This document shows, piece by piece, positions 9,593-21,147 of a stretch of 64,000 bases of DNA (the first letter of the stretch is position 1; the number at the start of each line of letters is the position of its first letter). The stretch is from Dudresnaya verticillata (taxonomy: Eukaryota), in contig OZ374564.1 of assembly GCA_977862235.1 (NCBI GenBank), positions 1,240,001 through 1,304,000 of the forward strand, in the 5' to 3' direction. Position numbers and translations under genes: made by a program. The notes below the pieces were generated by a model. The model did not search any database. It was given only the letters and a program-made list of their open reading frames with translations, and was not told where the DNA came from.

Positions 9593-11626
9593 ATGTCAAC
9601 TCACTCTCAAAGTAGTTCCCGTCGTGGTCAGAAGGCGGAGCAGACCCCATTGGTCCCCCCAGTTGAGGACCCGGAGTCTTTTCTCCACCCTCCGAGAACT
9701 CCTGGAGTAGAACAAGAGGAACCGCCTGGTCAAGCATCCACCAATCCCGTAACAGGTAAACCCTTAGCCGGTCCTTCGAAAGAAGTCGCAAGGCAGCCCC
9801 CGCTACATTCCAACCGTAACCATTGGGTCAATACTGATCTGATGCCCCGTCTGATCAACTGGCTACATGATGAGTTGACCCTTCGGTTACCTCAAACGGT
9901 TGAACCACTAGTGGGACACTTTCTAGAGGAACAAGGTCCAAGGACACTCTCAGAGTTTGCCGCCACGGCTACTGACAAGTTAGTCCAGTCATGGACCACT
10001 CAGCCGGACAGTAGTCCAATCTATGGGATGCATACCAAAATGGTTCCCCCGTTGGTCGCTCAGTCTCTCGAGGCCTATGGGCAAGCAGCGGACCCTTCAA
10101 CTGGACCAAAGTCTAAACCCACAGGGGAAACCAAAGTGGAAAATAAGGAGGATGATGTCGTCCCTCCTAGCATCGTTCTACCAACCAAAACTGGTGATAT
10201 AAAAAAGGAACCCGAAGGGGGTTTGTCGGACTCCGAAGGTAGTAAGAGTAACCGACAAGGATCGAAGTCCAAGAATTCTAAAAAGAAGAAGAAGAAGGAC
10301 AAATGAAAGAAAAATAAGAAGAAACATCACTCATCTGAGTCTGACTCATCGTCAGTTACCTCAGATGGTTCAAGTTCGGATGATTCATCCGATGATGACC
10401 GACGGCGCCGTCGCCGGTCGTCTAAACCTACAAAGGTCAGGAGGATTAAACCCCTTAACGACCTATTTACCCGAGTGGTTAGCTTTCAAAGTTACCGATT
10501 AGACAACCGCTCAAGGCTTTACTCTTCGAGAATCTCTCGGAAAGTAAATACCTACTATAAGAGGATGGCTATTCAGATGCCACCCTCTCGGTTTTCGGGG
10601 GTAGACCCGATTAACACCTTGGGTTTCCTAGCAAGGTTCAAGCATGCCTGTAACCACAATGATATCCATGAAGGAGCTGCCGTTTGGTTACTACAATATT
10701 TTATGGCAGGAACCGCAAGGGACAACCTTCAGGCGAGGCTCCAGACAAGAACCAGTATGGTCGTAGACTATGAAGATGAGGGAGATTTATTAACAACGTA
10801 CCCTGAAGTGGTTAATTACCTTTTGGAAACTTATGCTACCGATGAGGTTATTGCACTAGCCTATGCCGACGTGATTTCGTTGCGACAAGCAGAGGGCAAA
10901 ACGGAACGGGACTTCGCAGAGTTAGTAAGAGCCAGAGCTCGCCGTTGCGGGTCGGTGTTCACTGAACACCGCCTCAAGGCGATCTTCGTTGATGGGCTCC
11001 TCCCTAGTATCCGTGCACCGGTTCGTAACCGATTGGCTTCCTCAAAGAGTTTGTCCTACACCCATATTACACAGTATGCACAAGATCTTGGGGAAGCTCA
11101 CAGGAGTACACGTGGGACGACTAACCTAAAGGGTAAAAGGGGAGTAATTCCCGTCGCCGCGGTTAGCTTCGAGAAACCGCCGTCTCACTCCGTGAGTACG
11201 TCGACAGCTACCTCCGAGGGTTTACCGGGAATGGAAGACATTCATGAAGAGGAGATTTTCCAACTTGGTGAAGAATTATCTAACCAGTCTATGACACCCC
11301 CGTCTTCGATAACCACAGTAGGATCCCGAGATGGTGCGCCGATACGGGCATGTTGGATCTGTGTTAACCCAGACCACATGGCACATGAATGTCCATTGGT
11401 AACCCCCGCGGTTCGCGCTGGCATAATTGCTTCCAGAAGGCAAAACCTCTATGGTTTAGCTCGGGCCCGAGCCATGCAAGGTAATCGACAAGGTAACCCC
11501 GGGGCCTCCTCCTCAACCGGCCATCCGGGCCCCACCCAGGCTAGACGCACGGGATCACCCTCAGTGGAGCCCTCAAAGGCAGCTCAAGGAGTTTCCATTG
11601 CGGAAAACGTGGAGGAGGAGGCATAA
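9593..11626 (+). pseudogene. gag: gag with premature TGA at 10304-10306
   Basis: CGA in unit 1 (938-940) is TGA here. Confidence 0.92.
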
Positions 11627-11781
11627 CGACGCATGCCCCCTCCTCAAATATGCGCCTTCCAGAACCCGTATTACGACCCGATGTCGTGGATAACCTGGAG
11701 GGTGATGACTATGATGAAGTATGTTTACTTAAGAAGCAAAACTACAAAGTGGATCTATCGTTAGGGGTCTGGTCATCTTAG

Positions 11782-14700
11782 ATGATATCCGCAAGGGGCG
11801 TGATTGATTCTGGCGCCGGACCCAATCTGGTTCATGTTAAAATTTTACCTAATGGTTGGGAAAAGCGAGCCAAACCCTATAAGGAAACCACGCGTAGCAT
11901 CGTTGACGCTTCTAATAATCGAATATTACCTCTAGGAGTCATCCCCTTGTATATCCGTGTCGGTAATCTCTATACGAAGACCCATTTTCTGGTTGTTGCT
12001 AATATGCCTGCCGAAGTTATACTTGGTACAGCCTTCATCGATCGGCATGTCACAGCCATCATGCCGGGACCCCGAAGGTTACTCTTGAAGGATGCCCCAG
12101 CCGTACCTATCCTCGGTGTTTCCATGGGAGGAATTACTGCTCCCGATGCCACACAACCAACGGTTTCTACCAGAGTGAGAATAGCCAAAGACTGGGTCAT
12201 ACCTCCTAGGTCACGTTCATTCGTGCCGGTGAGAACCAGCGCATCTGGATTATGCCTGGTTCAAAATATCCCGCGGTCACTACATAAGTCGTTAACCATT
12301 ATGGAAAACGGGATCAGGGACGTTCTTCCGATGGAAGTTTTCCCTGTGCTAATGACCAATTTTGGTGATCGCCCTGCTCGCTTGAAAAAGACGCAAGTAG
12401 TAGGCCATGCGTTACCACGGCCGGATCAGGTTTTGAGCATTGGAACTTTACAAGAAGCTCCCCAGTCGGATACCCAGGGGGAGAAGCCAAAGGCGGAACC
12501 CAGTTGGGAAGACACTGTCCATATAGGTGTCGAAGACAGTGCTACTCGATCCCAAATCATGGAAATGCTTCAAGAGTATCAAGAAATGTGGTCAGGCCAA
12601 CTGGGCACCATTAAGGCCACTCAGCACAGGATTGAGTTGATGGACGGGGGAAAACCCATCTATCAACACCCTTATAGAGCTGGCCCTAAAGCTCGGGAAG
12701 CCGAAAAGGCGAAAGTACAACGAATGTTACGCGAAGGCGTTATTGAACCCTCTGGGGCAGAATGGGCCAGTCCCGTAGTCCTGGTGGCCAAACCGGATGG
12801 GTCTCTACGTTTTTGCGTCGACTATCGCCGACTTAATAGTATTACTCGGAGAGATTCCTATCCGTTACCTCGAATGGACGAATGTATCGACTCGCTGGGA
12901 GACGCTAAGATATTTACGACGCTCGACTGTAATAGTGGCTATTGGCAAGTTGAAGTCGATCCCGACGATCGCGATAAGACGACGTTCACCTGCCACGAAG
13001 GATTATACCGTTTTATCAGGATGCCATTTGGTCTCAAGAATGCGCCCGCCACATTCCAACGGGCAGTCGACATTATATTATCTCGATGCAAGTGGCAATA
13101 CGCTTTGGTTTACCTCGACGACGTTGTTGTGTACTCTCGGAGTATTAATGACCACTTCCACCATTTAGGTACTGTGCTTGATCTACTAAGAACCGCAGGG
13201 GTTTCTCTTAAGTTATCTAAGTGTAAGTTCTTCGAGGCGTCCGTCGATTACCTCGGCCATGTCATACGCCCAGGAAAAAAGCTGGAAGTCGCCTCCAAGA
13301 ACGTTACCGCACTACGCCAGGCGAAACCTCCCACGGATCAAACCGATTTAAGGTCATTTCTTGGAGTATGTAACGTCTATCGACGCTTCGTCCCTAATTA
13401 TGCACGCATTGCGTCTCCGCTCTGCAGGAAACTCCGCAAGGATCAACCCTTCACTTTTGAGTCACTCGCAGAGGATGAATACGACGCCTTCGACGAACTC
13501 CGGCGTCGTCTTTTAACGGCACCCATATTGGCGTTACCTCGAAAGGGATTCCGTTATTACGTAGATACCGATACGTGCGACCTTCAGGTTGGCTGTTGTT
13601 TACTTCAAGAAACCGAACAAGGGGATAAGCTGCCTATTGGTTATTGGAGTCGCACTCTTAATTCCGCCGAGCGTAATTATTCGGCTACCGAACGGGAATG
13701 TCTCGCCGTTGTATGGAGTCTTTTAACACTCCGACCTTACCTTGAAGGTGACCGCTTTACGGTTAGAACCGACCACGAACCACTTCAGTGGTTGCTAAAC
13801 CTCTCGGATGCATCGGGTCGCCTAGCCCGTTGGCGTTTACGACTCTCGGAGTTCGACTTCCTAGTCACCTATAATCCTGGAAGGGAACATCATTTGGCAG
13901 ACACCATGTCACGGCTTTCGACTCCAGGGAGTGACCAAACCCCATTAGACGATGACATCCCCTGTTTTGCCCTCGCGGTTGAACATAGCACCCCGCGTCA
14001 GCTCAATTTACCCACCGTCCGTGACTTGGCAAACCAAAAGGGTTTACCCCGTCAGGTTAATAAGCAAGAACTCCTCGAGGCACAATCAAAGGATGAGTAC
14101 TGCCAAAAGATGGCTAACCAAGTTGGTATCGCTGGCTCCCAATTCCAGTGGGACCATAATGGTTTTCTAATCCGCCAAGCGACACTCGATGGAGCACTTC
14201 AGATAGTAGTGCCAAAGTCCCTGCGTCCCCGCATCCTATATTTGGCCCACTATCCTCTCCTCTCTGGACACCCTGGTGGTTCAAGGATGTACTACACCCT
14301 CCGGCGACAGTTTTATTGGCCGTATATGGCTAATGACGCATATGCCGTTGTGGGTGACTGTACTAAGTGTGTCCAAAATCGGGGTACCGTACGGAAACAT
14401 CAGAACTACCTTAAGCTATTTCCCGCCGCTGGCCCACTGGAATTCCTTGCTATGGATCTCGCGGGACCTTTCCCCAAAACAGAGCACGGCAACCGTTTCG
14501 TCCTGGTTATTACCGATCGGTTTTCTAAGCTTACGCGCGCCATACCTTTACGGAATACCAATGCCCGCACGGTCGCACAAGTTTTTCTGGACCACTGGGT
14601 CTACCCTTACGGTGTCCCGTTATATGTGCTTTCCGATAATGGTCCACAGTTCGTGTCCAAGTTCTTCGCCACGATCTGCCAAACCCTGGGGTTACGTCAG

Positions 14701-15615
14701 TTATTCACAACCGCTTACCACCCCCAGACCAACGGTCAGGTCGAACGATTCAATAAGACCCTTGTCCAACGGTTACGTCATTATGTCGCGGATCATCAGC
14801 GTGACTGGGACAGTTACGTGCATCCGCTTACCTATGCGTATAACCTTCAGGTTCACCGCTCGACGGGTACTTCACCTTTTGATCTCGTCCTGTCCCGGCA
14901 ACCTTCGGTTATACCTCTCCAAGGTTCCCCCACCACGGGTCTTACTAATCAGTTGGATTCTCAACTCACCGTTGCTTCTGTCAAGCGTTTAACCATTCGG
15001 AAACTTCAACAGGCCATTGCAACGGCTCGGGGCACCCTCACGGCTGCCCAACAACGGTATAAATCGGCCTTTGATACCTCCATGGCACGGCCTTTTTCGG
15101 TTACCATCGGTGATTGGGTCTATCTGGACCGTCCTAAGTTCACGAAACGCCAAGTTGGTGAACGACAGGCTTCCCTCGTCGACCCCGCCGAGGAGCAGAA
15201 CCTTTCTAGGAAACTTTTGCCCAAAGCGACCGGACCCTTTTTGGTTACAGCCGTTAATCCCAACCATACGGTTACGATTAAGCAATACGGGCTTTTTAAT
15301 ACCGTTTCGCAAGACCGTATTTCGGTTGACCCTCATCGTGGACCCCGAACTCCCCTAGCCGACCCGGAGATAACGCAGGATGCGCCTTCGGCTCCTCCAC
15401 CGCCTACTACCCAACCCCAGTCGGATTACTATACAGTTGACCACTTGGTTAAGCACCGTGTCACCGACAGTGGTTACCAATACAAGGTTCGCTGGTATGG
15501 TTACGCCCCCAATGATGATACTTGGGAGCCCCCCGCGCACATCCCTCACAACTTTGTGTTACGCTACTGGCGCCGGCTTGACCAGACGCCACCGCCCGGA
15601 GCTGGGGGGGTGTAG
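11782..15615 (+). CDS. pol: Pol polyprotein, unit 2
   Basis: Same domains as unit 1; TAG at 11779-11781. Confidence 0.96.
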   Translation: MISARGVIDSGAGPNLVHVKILPNGWEKRAKPYKETTRSIVDASNNRILPLGVIPLYIRVGNLYTKTHFLVVANMPAEVILGTAFIDRHVTAIMPGPRRLLLKDAPAVPILGVSMGGITAPDATQPTVSTRVRIAKDWVIPPRSRSFVPVRTSASGLCLVQNIPRSLHKSLTIMENGIRDVLPMEVFPVLMTNFGDRPARLKKTQVVGHALPRPDQVLSIGTLQEAPQSDTQGEKPKAEPSWEDTVHIGVEDSATRSQIMEMLQEYQEMWSGQLGTIKATQHRIELMDGGKPIYQHPYRAGPKAREAEKAKVQRMLREGVIEPSGAEWASPVVLVAKPDGSLRFCVDYRRLNSITRRDSYPLPRMDECIDSLGDAKIFTTLDCNSGYWQVEVDPDDRDKTTFTCHEGLYRFIRMPFGLKNAPATFQRAVDIILSRCKWQYALVYLDDVVVYSRSINDHFHHLGTVLDLLRTAGVSLKLSKCKFFEASVDYLGHVIRPGKKLEVASKNVTALRQAKPPTDQTDLRSFLGVCNVYRRFVPNYARIASPLCRKLRKDQPFTFESLAEDEYDAFDELRRRLLTAPILALPRKGFRYYVDTDTCDLQVGCCLLQETEQGDKLPIGYWSRTLNSAERNYSATERECLAVVWSLLTLRPYLEGDRFTVRTDHEPLQWLLNLSDASGRLARWRLRLSEFDFLVTYNPGREHHLADTMSRLSTPGSDQTPLDDDIPCFALAVEHSTPRQLNLPTVRDLANQKGLPRQVNKQELLEAQSKDEYCQKMANQVGIAGSQFQWDHNGFLIRQATLDGALQIVVPKSLRPRILYLAHYPLLSGHPGGSRMYYTLRRQFYWPYMANDAYAVVGDCTKCVQNRGTVRKHQNYLKLFPAAGPLEFLAMDLAGPFPKTEHGNRFVLVITDRFSKLTRAIPLRNTNARTVAQVFLDHWVYPYGVPLYVLSDNGPQFVSKFFATICQTLGLRQLFTTAYHPQTNGQVERFNKTLVQRLRHYVADHQRDWDSYVHPLTYAYNLQVHRSTGTSPFDLVLSRQPSVIPLQGSPTTGLTNQLDSQLTVASVKRLTIRKLQQAIATARGTLTAAQQRYKSAFDTSMARPFSVTIGDWVYLDRPKFTKRQVGERQASLVDPAEEQNLSRKLLPKATGPFLVTAVNPNHTVTIKQYGLFNTVSQDRISVDPHRGPRTPLADPEITQDAPSAPPPPTTQPQSDYYTVDHLVKHRVTDSGYQYKVRWYGYAPNDDTWEPPAHIPHNFVLRYWRRLDQTPPPGAGGV

Positions 15616-15910
15616 GTGTCATGGATTTTCGCGGACCCCAAAGTACACATCGCGAAACGTCACTCAGAGAGTCAGCGCCACCCAATCAACAGGCTTCGCG
15701 ACGGCGTTATCTCATGGAGTCAAATGAATCGGCACTAGGTCCTACCCCTCTTCACTTTTTCTATTTATTCTACGCTACTTGCCTACAGTACACTGCACTC
15801 TTTTAGAAACCAAGACAAAGGACAGCCACACAGGGAGGTACAACACAAGACAGAAGATATTTTATTGGACACTCGTCAGGTCACCCTAGAGGCTCATCTA
15901 ATTAGAGTAC

Positions 15911-18247
15911 CTACTGGTAACGGGAACGTTTCCCAACCGACTCCTCGAAGTCGCCCGAACGAGAAGACGCAAGGAGACGGGGTTGGAAAGGAGACGCCCT
16001 ACGAGTCTCAGCAGGCGTGGTAGCTCCAGGAGTCGCTTCGGGCAGCGCCGCTCGGCTCCCTACCTCCACGGGAGTAGCCATACTGGTAGTAACCCCGGTA
16101 GGAAGAGGCTGCGTCACCTGATAGGTAGAGGAGCCAGCTGGAGTCTCCTTAGGCGGCCCCCCCACAACCATCTTGGTAATATCCGACGGAGCAGCGGATT
16201 GCCGTTCAGCTCCCTGAACGGGCCCCGGCGACGCCAGAGCCAAAGGGTCACCCGGTTGATAGTTCACCACTTGGGTTAGCGAATCGGTCGCGCCACGAGC
16301 GGAAGTCTTCGGCTGAATATCGCTCTTGCGTAAGACCTCCCGGGTGAACTTGGTACAGGAGGTGACGAAACTCGTGGAGTTCTGCGGCATCGCCGCCGCC
16401 ATGCTCGCAAGAGACGCCCGGACGTTGGCCACTTCGGTTCCCAAACGGTCCATCGTTGCCATATGGTTACCCAGTTGGTTCACTTCGAAGTTCCCCATCT
16501 GGGCCACCTCCCGGAGTAACCAAGTCAGGAGGGCCTCCTTCGACACCCACTCCCGAGCGGCATCCAGAGCCTCCTCTACAGTTGCCGGTACCGGAACCTT
16601 TGCAGCGCGACACGCCTCTTGAAGTCGACCAAATTTAAGGTGACCAGAGGTAGAAAGGGTCGTTCCAGCTGGGACCGTCGCTGCACAAGAGGGACCACTC
16701 GGTGAAGCCAATGGGTTAACTTGTCAAGCCGCTGCTTCGCGAGTGACCATCGGGGGTATGCCAGTGGAGGGTGCCCGTGCGGGTGTCGCCGGACGCGCCT
16801 CACGCATTTGCGTTACTGTCCCCGGTGCCGCTCGTGGCTTTGGAGTCCCCGGACGCGCCCCCAGACCCAGGCGCGCAGTCCTCGCTGGAGTCACTGGCCC
16901 TGACGCTGCTCGCGCCCGGTCGGGGTAACCACTGTAGGTGGGTGCCTCATCGTCGTCGACCACTTGGTTTCTCTCCGAGTTCGGCCCCATGTGACCCCAG
17001 CCACGACCCATATTCCCTGCCTCCCCAAAGGAGTAGAGAGGCGGACCAGGACGGTTGTCAACGATATGTCGCCTACCAAATCGGCCAACCGCTTCGGCAA
17101 CCTCAGGGTCATACGCAACCCAGACCTCGCCGGCGGCCCACTTGAAGGTCTCCGATGCGGTTAGTAGTCCCGCCAAGTCGTCACCCGCAAAGGTACTACC
17201 CCCACAAATGAGGTCAACCCCGAGGGTGCGAATGGCCTCGATGAGTGTCTTGGACAAGCGGAAGAGACGACCATCCGGTAGACCATCTTGGGTATGATAA
17301 CCAGCTTCGGTATAGGGCGTCGCGTCCCACATGCCAAAGTAGGCTGCCTGAAGAAAGGCCAGTGCTACGTGGAGTACCTGCTCGGTTTTGGAGATTGACC
17401 ACACCGGGTAATACCACTTCGCCGCAGATTCACGCGCATGGGCGCTGAAGTACACCAAAACTCCTGGAGTTAACGACGGCAAGGAGCGCGGACCTTCGAT
17501 GGCGTGCCACCAGCTGGGTTTCTTCACATAGTAATCACGACGCCGACCCATGGGGATATTCCACATTTCGACGTTGTGAAACCCCGCTAGGAGAGCATCG
17601 GTACGGTTGCGGATGCGCGTCTCCGTCCAGATGTCCACTGCCCACCGCTCGGTCAACCACCACAGGTCGGGAAAAGGCTTCGACTCCAGGAGTGACTCAG
17701 GAAGTAACTTGATCTCGTTCACCCACTGGTTACCCTCAAGGAAGCGGTAGAGAGAGGGGACGTAGTCTTCTTCGAACCCGACACGCAGCCACTTGAGGTC
17801 ACTACCATAATGGTTCGGAACGAGGACGCTTGGCGGACAGTGACGCAGACGCGCAACCCACTGGTTCTCGCGCTTACCCTCGGGGATCGCCCGGAAGCGG
17901 TAGGTGTCCGGATGGGTGTCCACGAGGTAACCTTGGAGTGGGAACTGCTCCAGCACCTCCTGGTTGGAAAACGCCGACAAACCGCCGTGGCCACCCATGG
18001 GGGAAGACTGGGCCATCGCGGCGTAGTAACCTCCGCGGCTTACGCAAGGCGTGACTGGAAAGACCACGTCGGGGTTGGAGAAACGACGGCGACGGGGTGG
18101 TGAACGGCGTGGTGTTGGTTGTGGTTGACGTGGGACCATGTTGGAAAACCCTTTGAGGTGATGCTGCTGCGGAAGAGAAGTACTGCTGCACGCGGGATCG
18201 ATTGTCGGCCGACGACGGTCATGGGCGTCGAACCGTCTGGATACCAA
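15911..18247 (-). CDS. Antisense accessory ORF, unit 2 (internal TGA 16726-16724)
   Basis: Copy of 6545-8881. Confidence 0.8.
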
Positions 18248-18511
18248 ACGGTTATGATTTCGCGCGAAACGCGTGCAGGCTGCCCTGGCGTCCCGAGGAC
18301 GGGCCGCAATCTCGGGGGGAGCTCTGTAATACAGTGAAGGGCTTACAGAAGTGGGCCCTCTGCCCGCGTGTATGCGCGAAAATAGCGTTACCTATAGGGC
18401 GCCAGCAGGGACAAGATGGGTAGCCTATGATTGGTCCAAGTGTCACCCTGCAGGTCAGTAGCTTAGTATCTGTCTATTTATTTTAGAAATTATAGCTTAG
18501 GATAGGGGGCG

Positions 18512-18843
18512 TGTATATAGCCCAGTATGAGGGGTGCTGCCTGACAGTCGGAGTACCATATAAGGGTATCTCCCGTAGCGGTCACTGAACAGTAAAGGTA
18601 AGCACCTTCCGGCCCCAACTACGTCTCCAAGCTATCGGCACCGCAGCACACTTGTCACCCGTGCCCGGTTAACCGCCCGCCCAGTGAACTACCTTCAGTA
18701 TCGTGCTTCCAATCAGGTTACGTGCCCTCGTCTCCCCTCTGGGTTCCTCCCGCTCTACCACCGCTACCAGGTACCCGCTCTGTGGCTTTCTCATTGAGTG
18801 CACTCTTTGAGTTCACAAGAGACCCAAAAGGCACTTCCTTACA
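18512..18843 (+). repeat. LTR shared by units 2 and 3
   Basis: Copy of 9146-9477. Confidence 0.75.
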
Positions 18844-18958
18844 TCTGGTCTCCCGACCTAGAACTTCAAGGTTGATGAGCCGTTAAGAGGACGACGAATA
18901 TCGTAACCCAATTGGATACTGAAGAAAATCAACCCACCAAGGCCCCTGTTACTCCAAG

Positions 18959-20992
18959 ATGTCAACTCACTCTCAAAGTAGTTCCCGTCGTGGTCAGAAG
19001 GCGGAGCAGACCCCATTGGTCCCCCCAGTTGAGGACCCGGAGTCTTTTCTCCACCCTCCGAGAACTCCTGGAGTAGAACAAGAGGAACCGCCTGGTCAAG
19101 CATCCACCAATCCCGTAACAGGTAAACCCTTAGCCGGTCCTTCGAAAGAAGTCGCAAGGCAGCCCCCGCTACATTCCAACCGTAACCATTGGGTCAATAC
19201 TGATCTGATGCCCCGTCTGATCAACTGGCTACATGATGAGTTGACCCTTCGGTTACCTCAAACGGTTGAACCACTAGTGGGACACTTTCTAGAGGAACAA
19301 GGTCCAAGGACACTCTCAGAGTTTGCCGCCACGGCTACTGACAAGTTAGTCCAGTCATGGACCACTCAGCCGGACAGTAGTCCAATCTATGGGATGCATA
19401 CCAAAATGGTTCCCCCGTTGGTCGCTCAGTCTCTCGAGGCCTATGGGCAAGCAGCGGACCCTTCAACTGGACCAAAGTCTAAACCCACAGGGGAAACCAA
19501 AGTGGAAAATAAGGAGGATGATGTCGTCCCTCCTAGCATCGTTCTACCAACCAAAACTGGTGATATAAAAAAGGAACCCGAAGGGGGTTTGTCGGACTCC
19601 GAAGGTAGTAAGAGTAACCGACAAGGATCGAAGTCCAAGAATTCTAAAAAGAAGAAGAAGAAGGACAAATGAAAGAAAAATAAGAAGAAACATCACTCAT
19701 CTGAGTCTGACTCATCGTCAGTTACCTCAGATGGTTCAAGTTCGGATGATTCATCCGATGATGACCGACGGCGCCGTCGCCGGTCGTCTAAACCTACAAA
19801 GGTCAGGAGGATTAAACCCCTTAACGACCTATTTACCCGAGTGGTTAGCTTTCAAAGTTACCGATTAGACAACCGCTCAAGGCTTTACTCTTCGAGAATC
19901 TCTCGGAAAGTAAATACCTACTATAAGAGGATGGCTATTCAGATGCCACCCTCTCGGTTTTCGGGGGTAGACCCGATTAACACCTTGGGTTTCCTAGCAA
20001 GGTTCAAGCATGCCTGTAACCACAATGATATCCATGAAGGAGCTGCCGTTTGGTTACTACAATATTTTATGGCAGGAACCGCAAGGGACAACCTTCAGGC
20101 GAGGCTCCAGACAAGAACCAGTATGGTCGTAGACTATGAAGATGAGGGAGATTTATTAACAACGTACCCTGAAGTGGTTAATTACCTTTTGGAAACTTAT
20201 GCTACCGATGAGGTTATTGCACTAGCCTATGCCGACGTGATTTCGTTGCGACAAGCAGAGGGCAAAACGGAACGGGACTTCGCAGAGTTAGTAAGAGCCA
20301 GAGCTCGCCGTTGCGGGTCGGTGTTCACTGAACACCGCCTCAAGGCGATCTTCGTTGATGGGCTCCTCCCTAGTATCCGTGCACCGGTTCGTAACCGATT
20401 GGCTTCCTCAAAGAGTTTGTCCTACACCCATATTACACAGTATGCACAAGATCTTGGGGAAGCTCACAGGAGTACACGTGGGACGACTAACCTAAAGGGT
20501 AAAAGGGGAGTAATTCCCGTCGCCGCGGTTAGCTTCGAGAAACCGCCGTCTCACTCCGTGAGTACGTCGACAGCTACCTCCGAGGGTTTACCGGGAATGG
20601 AAGACATTCATGAAGAGGAGATTTTCCAACTTGGTGAAGAATTATCTAACCAGTCTATGACACCCCCGTCTTCGATAACCACAGTAGGATCCCGAGATGG
20701 TGCGCCGATACGGGCATGTTGGATCTGTGTTAACCCAGACCACATGGCACATGAATGTCCATTGGTAACCCCCGCGGTTCGCGCTGGCATAATTGCTTCC
20801 AGAAGGCAAAACCTCTATGGTTTAGCTCGGGCCCGAGCCATGCAAGGTAATCGACAAGGTAACCCCGGGGCCTCCTCCTCAACCGGCCATCCGGGCCCCA
20901 CCCAGGCTAGACGCACGGGATCACCCTCAGTGGAGCCCTCAAAGGCAGCTCAAGGAGTTTCCATTGCGGAAAACGTGGAGGAGGAGGCATAA
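18959..20992 (+). pseudogene. gag: gag with premature TGA at 19670-19672
   Basis: Same nonsense change as unit 2. Confidence 0.92.
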
Positions 20993-21147
20993 CGACGCAT
21001 GCCCCCTCCTCAAATATGCGCCTTCCAGAACCCGTATTACGACCCGATGTCGTGGATAACCTGGAGGGTGATGACTATGATGAAGTATGTTTACTTAAGA
21101 AGCAAAACTACAAAGTGGATCTATCGTTAGGGGTCTGGTCATCTTAG

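Larger units (their letters stand above)
9146..18843 (+). mobile_element. Ty3/gypsy retrotransposon, unit 2 (gag nonsense)
   Basis: Copy of unit 1 at +9366, bounded by shared LTRs. Confidence 0.95.

Noticed and set aside
10475..11626. Separate 383-aa gene in units 2-5
   Set aside because: It is the 3' part of gag after the CGA>TGA change and starts at GTG. The TGA-A context does not suggest readthrough.
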